Shown here: in pieces, positions 37,323-44,921 of the stretch | Position numbering within the stretch: the stretch's first letter is position 1 | Layout: each line of letters begins with the position of its first letter | Assembly: GCA_964527115.1 (NCBI GenBank) | Contig: CAZGPK010000004.1 | Coordinates: forward strand, 1 to 44,921 | Origin: an uncultured Gammaproteobacteria bacterium | GTDB lineage: Bacteria > Patescibacteriota > Microgenomatia > UBA12405 > CAZGPK01 | Direction of reading: 5' to 3' | Length of the DNA: 44,921 nucleotides | The notes under the pieces: generated by a model | What the model saw: only the letters and a program-made list of their open reading frames with translations | What the model was told of the DNA's origin: nothing | Databases searched by the model: none | Made by a program: the position numbers and the translations under genes

Positions 37323-38592
37323 ATTCCACCTCCTTGCCGGTTAGTTGCCTATAGCGAGAAACTATTAAATCGCAAAATATTGGTTCGATCTCAACCATCA
37401 GGCATCTTCGCTTTAGTTGTTCACAACTGCACATAGTCGAACCTGAGCCAGCGAATAAATCTAGGACTGTGTCACCAACTTTGGTACAACGCCTTATGGC
37501 TTTCTCGTGTAAAGTTGGACTTTTTTCGGTCGGATGAGTGTATTCGTTACCTGGTAATCTCTTGACCAACCAGATGTTTAGGAGGTCTAAAATATCGTCT
37601 ATAGTGCGATTGCCCGAACCAATTTCTTTATTCATAATTTCGTTCAAGTTCTTTGGATATTCTGAAATGCTGGGTTGCCCGACAGTTCCATAAATACATG
37701 CTTCATAAGACTTATTAAATGCCACATTTGGCGTTGGTGAAAATCCGTTTTTAATCCATAGACATACTCTCTTGTTTTCGATTCCTATTTCTTTGTATAA
37801 ATCTTGGATCAAACCGATATGGCGTTCGTCATTCCATATAAATACATGGGTATCGGGTTTGGAAATAGCCAGTCCGTTTTGAATTGTTTTTTTTAAAAAC
37901 TCGCGATATTCCAAATCAGTTTTATTATCATCAGTCTTACCTCCATATTTTCCTTTGCCTCCGACACCTTTGTTGTAGTTGAGGTTTATATTGAATGGAG
38001 GGTCAAAATAGGCCATTGATACCGTCTTTTCTGATGTCAGTTTTTGAACTACTTCAAGATCCATACTATTTCCGCAAACTAACATGTGCGGTCCGAGATT
38101 GATAATGTCTCCCAGTTTTGTCTTTGGAAATTTAATCTTCTCGATTTCTTTTAGGGTGTCAAACTCATCTTCATAAGTTTCCAAGTTTTCGTCCCAAATT
38201 TTTGACAAGTCGCTATTGTCAAAACCTACATCCATTAACAATTCAATATCGAGATTTTTCAACGCCTCAAAATCCCACTCTCCGGCACTAACATTGCTTC
38301 TAAGGTTGTACTCTTGGAATTCATCAATCGTTAGTTTTCTACTAGGTACCCTAACATCAATTTCTTCTCCACCTCGGCCTAATAAGAGTAGAACTTTTAT
38401 TCTTTGGTGACCCGCCAGAATTTTGTTGTCAACGTCTATTGCCGGTATTTCTACTAAACCAAACTTCTTCAGACTCTCTTTTAATTTTATCTTTTGAAAA
38501 TCACTTAAAATGCGTGGATTCTTATCGTAGGCAATTAAATCCTTAACTATTCTTTTCTCTGTATGCCAGATTATTTTCCCCAGTTTTTCCAT
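37312..38592 (-). CDS. ParB-like domain fused to an N6/N4 DNA methyltransferase
   Basis: N-terminal YDKNPR...SLKKFGLVE...ILAGHQR (ParB/Srx), then DPPF, HPTEK, DLFAGSGST. GGAGG RBS. Confidence 0.92.
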   Translation of the reverse strand: MEKLGKIIWHTEKRIVKDLIAYDKNPRILSDFQKIKLKESLKKFGLVEIPAIDVDNKILAGHQRIKVLLLLGRGGEEIDVRVPSRKLTIDEFQEYNLRSNVSAGEWDFEALKNLDIELLMDVGFDNSDLSKIWDENLETYEDEFDTLKEIEKIKFPKTKLGDIINLGPHMLVCGNSMDLEVVQKLTSEKTVSMAYFDPPFNINLNYNKGVGGKGKYGGKTDDNKTDLEYREFLKKTIQNGLAISKPDTHVFIWNDERHIGLIQDLYKEIGIENKRVCLWIKNGFSPTPNVAFNKSYEACIYGTVGQPSISEYPKNLNEIMNKEIGSGNRTIDDILDLLNIWLVKRLPGNEYTHPTEKSPTLHEKAIRRCTKVGDTVLDLFAGSGSTMCSCEQLKRRCLMVEIEPIFCDLIVSRYRQLTGKEVEYVN

Positions 38593-38773
38593 AAAAAAAC
38601 CTCCGTAAAATAGTAATATTCCAAAGCCCTAACTTTGGGATCTCTATTTTTTTGGAGATTCTAAGGGGAATTCCTAGACCCATTTAATGGGTCAATAATA
38701 ATTTACCATAAATTTAGATAGATGTAAAACCATCGGTTAATCTCATATGTTTTCTGTTATATAATGTAATCAA

Positions 38774-38974
38774 ATGGTAGATAATCTGGGGGCGCAAATC
38801 TCTGAACTTTTAACCCTAAGAGAGGCTTGTGACATTCTCAAAGTTCATCCCAACACTTTACGCCAATGGGACAAGAAAGGTGTTTTCAAAGCAGTTCGGA
38901 TTGGTATCAAAAAAAGTCTAAGATACCGAAAAGAAGATATAGAAAAATTTATTAATCAAAAATATGGCAAATAA
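38774..38974 (+). CDS. Excisionase/MerR-like HTH DNA-binding protein
   Basis: LLTLREACDILKVHPNTLRQWDKKG...RYRKEDI. TATAAT at 38760-38765. Overlaps the hsdM start. Confidence 0.88.
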   Translation: MVDNLGAQISELLTLREACDILKVHPNTLRQWDKKGVFKAVRIGIKKSLRYRKEDIEKFINQKYGK

Positions 38975-40550
38975 TCACAACCAAAATACCACCAAAGAAC
39001 AAGAACGAACTGAACTTCACCGAGCAATATGGCAAATTGCCAATGATTTAAGAGGTAGTGTTGATGGTTGGGATTTTAAGTCATATGTTTTAGGGATGCT
39101 TTTTTATCGATTTATTAGTGAAAACTTAACTAATTACATCAACGCTGATGAGCGACGCTCTGGGAAAAATGATTTTGATTATGCAGAGCTTTCAGACAAA
39201 GAAGCTGAGTTTGGTCGAGCTGACACCGTTAAAGAGAAGGGTTTTTATATCCTACCCAGCGAGCTTTTCATAAATGTAAGCAAGAGAAGTAAAAATGATT
39301 CTAATCTCAATGAGACTTTATCAACGGTATTTAATAACATCGAGAACTCAGCTAAAGGTGCAGTGAGTGAAGATGATTTAAAAGGCTTGTTTGACGACCT
39401 TGATGTTAATTCTAATAAACTAGGTAATACAGTCGAAAAACGAAACCAAAAATTAGTTAAATTACTAGAATCTATTGGCAACCTTCGACTTGGTAATTAT
39501 TCAGATAATACAATTGACGCTTTTGGTGACGCTTATGAATTTTTGATGACAATGTATGCCTCCAATGCTGGAAAGTCCGGAGGTGAATTTTATACTCCTC
39601 AAGAAGTCAGTGAACTACTTGCCGAAATTACAACTGTTGGCAAAAAAGAAGTTAACAAAGTCTACGACCCCGCTTGTGGTTCGGGTTCACTACTCCTTAA
39701 ATTTTCCAAAGTTCTTGGAAGAGAAAATGTTCGTCAAGGATTTTTTGGTCAAGAAATCAATCTCACCACCTACAATTTGTGTCGTATTAACATGTTTTTA
39801 CACGATATTAATTACAATAATTTTGATGTCGCATTAGGAGATACTCTAATTGATCCCAAACATTGGGATGATGAACCTTTTGATGCAATAGTTTCCAATC
39901 CTCCGTATTCTATTAAATGGGAAGGAGACGCAAATTCGCTCCTTATTAACGATCCTCGTTTCTCACCCGCTGGGGTACTCGCACCAAAAAGTAAGGCAGA
40001 TTTAGCATTTACTATGCATATGCTTTCATGGCTTTCTACTAGTGGAACTGCTGCAATTGTTGAGTTTCCCGGTGTTTTGTATCGGGGCGGTGCTGAACAA
40101 AAAATTCGTAAATATCTGATTGATAACAATTACATTGACACTGTAATTCAATTACCACCAGATCTTTTCTTTGGTACAACAATAGCAACTTGTATAGTGG
40201 TACTAAAGAAAAGTAAAAAAGATAACAAGACATTATTTATTGACGCTTCGGCTGAATTTGTACGAAATGGTAATAAAAATAAATTAAGCGAAGAAAATCG
40301 TAAAAAGATTCTCAACGCCTTTATTAATCGAGAGGATATTGAGTATTTTGCCAAACTTGTTGACAATAAAGACGTTGCAGACAATGATTACAATATTGCC
40401 GTATCTAGCTATGTAATTGCGGAAGATACTCACGAAGTTGTAAACATTACTGAGTTAAATACCAAAATTAGTCAAATAGTTGCTAAACAAAATGAGCTAC
40501 GGATAGCAATTGATGAAATCGTAGCAGATATTGAAGGTACTGACATATGA
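38964..40550 (+). CDS. hsdM: Type I R-M methyltransferase subunit (type IC-like)
   Basis: IWQIANDLRGSVDGWDFK, GEFYTPQEVS, YDPACGSGSLL, SNPPY. Confidence 0.97.
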   Translation: MANNHNQNTTKEQERTELHRAIWQIANDLRGSVDGWDFKSYVLGMLFYRFISENLTNYINADERRSGKNDFDYAELSDKEAEFGRADTVKEKGFYILPSELFINVSKRSKNDSNLNETLSTVFNNIENSAKGAVSEDDLKGLFDDLDVNSNKLGNTVEKRNQKLVKLLESIGNLRLGNYSDNTIDAFGDAYEFLMTMYASNAGKSGGEFYTPQEVSELLAEITTVGKKEVNKVYDPACGSGSLLLKFSKVLGRENVRQGFFGQEINLTTYNLCRINMFLHDINYNNFDVALGDTLIDPKHWDDEPFDAIVSNPPYSIKWEGDANSLLINDPRFSPAGVLAPKSKADLAFTMHMLSWLSTSGTAAIVEFPGVLYRGGAEQKIRKYLIDNNYIDTVIQLPPDLFFGTTIATCIVVLKKSKKDNKTLFIDASAEFVRNGNKNKLSEENRKKILNAFINREDIEYFAKLVDNKDVADNDYNIAVSSYVIAEDTHEVVNITELNTKISQIVAKQNELRIAIDEIVADIEGTDI

Positions 40551-42748
40551 CAGATTTAAAATTAAATGTAAAACTAGAAAATTGTTATGGAATTAAAAAA
40601 CTGAACCATGAGTTTGATTTTTCAAAGTGTCATACTTTTGTAATTTACGCACCAAATGGTGTAATGAAAACTTCCTTTGCAAATACGTTTAGTGATCTCG
40701 CAAATATCAAAGATCCATGTGATCGTGTCGACGATTCTTTAACCTCTATTTATGAAATATTAGATTGTGATAAAAACACACAAATACAGGCCGATTCAAT
40801 TTGTGTTATCGAACCATACAACGAAAAGGCATTTGACTCAGAGGGAAAGGTTCTTATTCTTTTAGCTAACGAGGAAGTTAGAAAAGAATATCTTGATATA
40901 TATTCGGAGTTAGACAAAGAAAAACAGTCATTAATTAAGACTCTTAAAAAAGTTTCTAAAAGCAATAACTGTGAGGCAGAGTTAGTTTCAACATTTTCCA
41001 CAGGGAAAGAAAATATTTTTGAGGTTTTTTTAAAAATATTTGACGACGCACGAAAATTTCCGGAAAAATATGATTTCAAATACAACGTAATTTTCGATCC
41101 ACAAGGAAAAGTTAAAGACTTTTTAAATGATAATAAGAAGCTTTTCACTCAATATTGTGACAAATATAATGATTTGATCAGCAATTCTGATTTTTTTGCC
41201 AAATGTGACGAAACAGTTTTTGGTACAACAGAAGCAAAAAGTCTCAGTGATTCTGTAAAAGGAAATGAATTTTTTTTTGCTGGACATGGACTAAATATAA
41301 AAAAATATGGTATTGTTGGTGATAATAAACTCCTTGAAGAGATTGTAAACAAAGAAATTCAAAAGATATTTAGCGATAAAGACCTTAAGTCAATTTTTGA
41401 TGAAGTAGAAAAAAAACTTAGTGCTAATCTGACTTTGCTTGAATTCAAAAAACTAATTGAAAGGAATCCATCACTAGTAATAAAACTCGCTAACTATGAG
41501 CAGTTTAGAAAAGATGCTTGGTATAGCTTCCTTGGACAAATAGTTAATGAGTTGGATAAGTTGGTTGCTTTATATAAAAGTAAGAGACCGGATATTGAGG
41601 CAATTATTAAAAAAGCGAGCGAACAACAGTCAAGGTGGGAAGACGCAATACAGGAATTTAGTGATCGATTTTTCAATATGCCTTTTACTCTAAGTGTTGA
41701 AAATAAATCTGATGCAATACTCAACACTCAAACACCGACAATTTCTTTTAAATTTAAAGGGAAACCAATTGACAGAAAGAGAATGATAGATGTTTTAAGC
41801 CAGGGTGAGAAAAGAGCTTTTTATATATTAAATGTGATTTTTGAAGTCAAATCTCGACAACTTAGTGGCACAAAGACTTTATTTATTATCGATGATATAG
41901 CCGATTCGTTTGATTATAAAAATAAATACGCAATCATTGAATACTTGCACGATATTTCTAGAGAGCCAAATTTTAACTCCATTGTGATGACTCACAACTT
42001 TGATCTATTCAGGACACTCCAATCAAGAGTGTTAGTAGAACACAAATGGACTAATTCACTCATAGCGGAAAAACTAACAGATGAGATTAATCTAGTTGAT
42101 GCCGGCAGTAAAAATATTACTGACCCTTTCTCTATTTGGAAAAAAGGAGTTCACAACAATGAGAAATATCTTATTGCGTGCATTCCATTTGTTCGCAATT
42201 TGATCGAATATAAAGACAGCCAGAACAATGATTATCGTTTATTAACTCATGCTCTTCACCAAAAAAAGATTGATACTACAAATAATATTAAATCTACGGA
42301 AGATATTTGTATAAGTGATCTAGAACCTATCTTTTCAAGTGTATTATCAATTCCCACATTCACATTTTCCAACAAATCAAAAAAAATTGTTGATATTATC
42401 GATTCTTTAATCACTGATATCAATAATCAGCCCAACTTAGATTCTATTGTTCTTGAAGATAAAATAATTTTAGCTATCGGATCGAGATTAAAGGCTGAAA
42501 GATACATGTGGTCTAAGGTTACAAATCAGGATGAAATTACTGGAAACCAGACGGGGTTATTGTATCAAAGATACAAGGACGAGTTTTCTGGCGATCATAG
42601 CCATAAAGATAAAATACGTATTCTTGAAAACGTCAATATTATGACTCCAGAAAATATCCACCTAAATTCATTTATGTATGAGCCTATTTTAGATATGGGA
42701 ATAGATGAGTTAAAGCATTTGTATACTGAAGTTGAAAAATTGAATTAA
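40547..42748 (+). CDS. ABC/SMC-like ATPase (PrrC/RloC-like architecture) inside the hsd operon
   Basis: Walker A variant YAPNGVMKTS, long helical insert, LSQGEKRA signature, IIDDIADSFD Walker B/D-loop, MTHN switch, C-terminal ~230-aa domain. Confidence 0.8.
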   Translation: MTDLKLNVKLENCYGIKKLNHEFDFSKCHTFVIYAPNGVMKTSFANTFSDLANIKDPCDRVDDSLTSIYEILDCDKNTQIQADSICVIEPYNEKAFDSEGKVLILLANEEVRKEYLDIYSELDKEKQSLIKTLKKVSKSNNCEAELVSTFSTGKENIFEVFLKIFDDARKFPEKYDFKYNVIFDPQGKVKDFLNDNKKLFTQYCDKYNDLISNSDFFAKCDETVFGTTEAKSLSDSVKGNEFFFAGHGLNIKKYGIVGDNKLLEEIVNKEIQKIFSDKDLKSIFDEVEKKLSANLTLLEFKKLIERNPSLVIKLANYEQFRKDAWYSFLGQIVNELDKLVALYKSKRPDIEAIIKKASEQQSRWEDAIQEFSDRFFNMPFTLSVENKSDAILNTQTPTISFKFKGKPIDRKRMIDVLSQGEKRAFYILNVIFEVKSRQLSGTKTLFIIDDIADSFDYKNKYAIIEYLHDISREPNFNSIVMTHNFDLFRTLQSRVLVEHKWTNSLIAEKLTDEINLVDAGSKNITDPFSIWKKGVHNNEKYLIACIPFVRNLIEYKDSQNNDYRLLTHALHQKKIDTTNNIKSTEDICISDLEPIFSSVLSIPTFTFSNKSKKIVDIIDSLITDINNQPNLDSIVLEDKIILAIGSRLKAERYMWSKVTNQDEITGNQTGLLYQRYKDEFSGDHSHKDKIRILENVNIMTPENIHLNSFMYEPILDMGIDELKHLYTEVEKLN

Positions 42749-42753
42749 CTAAT

Positions 42754-44016
42754 ATGACAAAACACCAAAACAAAATCGAAAAACTAATTTTGAATCTATG
42801 TCCAAAAGGTGTGAGATTCAAGACATTAGGAGTATTGGGTGATTTTTATGGCGGATTGTCTGGTAAGAGCAAGGAAGATTTTAGTGATGGTAATGCGAAA
42901 TATATAACCTATATGAATATTGCATCTAATATTGCTGTTAATACAGACATTAATACTTTAGTCAAAGTGGATAAAGAGGAACATCAAAATAAAATTGAAT
43001 ATGGTGATGTTTTGTTTACTGGGTCATCAGAAACTCCCGACGAGGTTGGTATATCATCAGTTTTGACAAAGAAAATAGATGAACCATTGTACTTAAATAG
43101 CTTTTGTTTTGGTTTTCGTCTACACGATAAAAATATGTTTCTGCCAGATTTTTTTAAATATTTGTTTAGAGATGATGAGATTAGAAAACAAATTATAAAA
43201 ACAGCAAGTGGAGTAACTAGATTCAATGTTTCAAAAAAGCGTTTTGCAAAAATTAGGATTCCGATTCCTCCGCTTGCAGTTCAAGAAGATATTGTCAAAA
43301 TTCTTAATAGTTTTACAGAGTTAGAAGCAGAGTTAGAAGCAGAGTTAGAAGCAGAGTTAGAAGCAAGGAAGAAGCAGTATATTTATTACAAAGAACATTT
43401 ATTGTCGTTTACTGATGGTGTCAGGATGGTGCCTCTAAAAGAAATCTGTGATATTGGTGATGGTTTACACGGGACTCCAAAATATACTTATTTAGGAGAA
43501 TATTTATTTATTAATGGTAATAACTTAAAAAATGGACATATAGTTTCCGAAAAGAAAACTAATAAAGTTGATGAGCAGGCATATAAGCTACACGGTATAT
43601 CATTCAAACCAAACAAAACTGTTTTAATGTCGATAAATGGAACAGTTGGAAGTGTAGCGAGATTTAATAATGAAAAAATTGTTCTTGGTAAATCAGTTGC
43701 CTACTTTAACATTAATTCTGAATCTATCAGCGTAAACTACTTGTTTTACTATTTGCAAACTAATCAGGCAAAACAATATTATGAATTCCAGAAAACTGGC
43801 TCAACAATTAAAAACTTAGGACTAAAAGCGTTGAGAGAATTTCAAATTCCTGTTCCTCCTATTAATGTACAAGAAAAAATTGCATCAACTCTAGAGAAAT
43901 TCAATAATCTTGTTAATGATATCTCCATTGGTTTACCCGCAGAGTTGAAAGCCAGGAGACAACAATATGAATATTATCGAAATAAATTATTAACTTTTAA
44001 AGAATATGCCAACTGA
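42754..44016 (+). CDS. hsdS: Type I R-M specificity subunit
   Basis: Two TRDs, IPIPPLAVQ / IPVPPINVQ, central ELEA repeats, C-terminal GLPAELKARRQQYEYYRNKLLTF. Confidence 0.96.
   Translation: MTKHQNKIEKLILNLCPKGVRFKTLGVLGDFYGGLSGKSKEDFSDGNAKYITYMNIASNIAVNTDINTLVKVDKEEHQNKIEYGDVLFTGSSETPDEVGISSVLTKKIDEPLYLNSFCFGFRLHDKNMFLPDFFKYLFRDDEIRKQIIKTASGVTRFNVSKKRFAKIRIPIPPLAVQEDIVKILNSFTELEAELEAELEAELEARKKQYIYYKEHLLSFTDGVRMVPLKEICDIGDGLHGTPKYTYLGEYLFINGNNLKNGHIVSEKKTNKVDEQAYKLHGISFKPNKTVLMSINGTVGSVARFNNEKIVLGKSVAYFNINSESISVNYLFYYLQTNQAKQYYEFQKTGSTIKNLGLKALREFQIPVPPINVQEKIASTLEKFNNLVNDISIGLPAELKARRQQYEYYRNKLLTFKEYAN
43318..43365 (+). repeat. 12-bp tandem repeat x4 (GAGTTAGAAGCA, ELEA) in the hsdS spacer helix
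   Basis: Four perfect copies read directly from the sequence. Confidence 0.95.
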
Positions 44017-44921
44017 TAATAAATTTAATTTAGTCGCTCAAAATACACAAAGCACTGTTGTTGCTGAGTTTAAACCAGAAAAAATCCGTGCAACAAGCTA
44101 TCAAAGTGAATCGGATCTTGAACAAGCTTTTATTAAACAACTTCAAAGTCAAGCTTATGGATATGTTTCCATTAAATCGGAAGAAGAGTTAGTTGCTAAT
44201 TTGAGACAACAACTAGAAAAATTAAATAGTTTTTCATTTACAGACAGCGAGTGGAATAAGTTTTTTGTGAGCCAATTGGCAAATCCCAATCTGAGCATTG
44301 TTGAAAAAACTCTAACTATTCAAGAAGACTACATTAAAAACCTAACTCGTGATGATGGGTCGGTCAAAAATATTTATTTGATAAAAAAAGACAATATTCA
44401 TGACAACAGTCTGCAGGTTATCAATCAATATGCAACTGAAGATGGTCAACGTTCCAATCGTTACGATGTTACTGTTTTAGTAAATGGTCTACCTCTAGTT
44501 CATATTGAATTGAAACGACGCGGTGTAGCAATACAGGAAGCTTTCAATCAAATAAATAGATATAATCGAGAAAGTTTTTGGGCTTCATCAGGATTATTTG
44601 AATATGTTCAAATATTTGTTATCTCCAATGGAACTCACACTAAGTACTACAGCAATACCACTCGTGCTCAGCATGTTAAGGATTCAACCGAAGGTTCTGC
44701 AAAAGTAGGGAAACGGACTAGTAATAGTTTTGAATTCACCAGTTGGTGGGCTGATGCAACAAACCGACCAATCACCGACCTTGTAGATTTTGCCAAAACT
44801 TTTTTCGCCAAGCATACAATTTTAAATATTTTGACTAGATATTGTGTATTCACTACTGACCATCTTCTATTGGTCATGCGCCCTTATCAAATTGTGGCCA
44901 CTGAACGAATCTTAAATCGGA
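44006..44921 (+). CDS. hsdR: Type I R-M restriction subunit, N-terminal part (truncated by the window end)
   Basis: Manual translation MPTDNKFNLVAQNTQSTVVAEF...YQSESDLE...RYDVTVLVNGLPLVHIELK...QEAFNQINRY...MRPYQ. Confidence 0.96.
   Translation, partial: MPTDNKFNLVAQNTQSTVVAEFKPEKIRATSYQSESDLEQAFIKQLQSQAYGYVSIKSEEELVANLRQQLEKLNSFSFTDSEWNKFFVSQLANPNLSIVEKTLTIQEDYIKNLTRDDGSVKNIYLIKKDNIHDNSLQVINQYATEDGQRSNRYDVTVLVNGLPLVHIELKRRGVAIQEAFNQINRYNRESFWASSGLFEYVQIFVISNGTHTKYYSNTTRAQHVKDSTEGSAKVGKRTSNSFEFTSWWADATNRPITDLVDFAKTFFAKHTILNILTRYCVFTTDHLLLVMRPYQIVATERILNR

Larger units (their letters stand above)
29074..44921. mobile_element. Integrative element or genomic island at tRNA-Ser(GCT); right end is outside the window
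   Basis: Abrupt switch to AT-rich, unskewed DNA after the tRNA. Contains serine recombinase, terminase, methylase, XRE, excisionase-like HTH and type I R-M genes. Confidence 0.85.

Noticed and set aside
34680-38974. Complete prophage
   Set aside because: No portal, capsid, tail, lysis or replication gene is recognisable in the window. Only packaging-motor and methylase genes are present.
43318-43365. CRISPR-like repeat
   Set aside because: Contiguous in-frame 12-mers with no spacers, inside hsdS. No CRISPR array or cas gene was seen anywhere in the window.
1-44921. Alternative genetic code (UGA=Gly) as in Gracilibacteria/Absconditabacteria
   Set aside because: Conserved genes are full length in code 11, and tsaE, hsdM and hsdS end at TGA where expected.

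Overview
Bacterial chromosome segment in genetic code 11. Gene content and style suggest Patescibacteria/CPR, probably Microgenomates-like (inference). It has three compartments. (1) 1-~25.2 kb is core-like with a strongly C/T-rich + strand: dnaG (partial), an orphan solute-binding protein, rnhA, a VanW protein, tsaE-tsaD, valS, rplY, trpS, AlkD-like and CarD-like genes, a MacAB-type exporter, dgkA, lemA/TPM, DUF134/DUF5320, an OmpR-family two-component pair and two tRNAs. (2) ~25.3-28.2 kb is an islet of small exported, lipoprotein and CAP genes directly downstream of an unusual tRNA-Arg(GCG). (3) From 29.07 kb to the window end is an AT-rich integrative element at tRNA-Ser(GCT). It carries a large serine recombinase, a compact operon of ParB-methylase, methylase, TerS-like and TerL genes with no portal or capsid gene, a signal peptidase-CAP fusion, a membrane-anchored HsdR-N-like nuclease and a type IC R-M locus with an inserted ABC-ATPase. 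The best candidate for an undescribed system is this capsid-less methylase+terminase element. Regulatory signals read directly from the sequence include a three-site TTCAG-N6-TTCAG regulon, paired XRE operators and widespread leaderless promoters.
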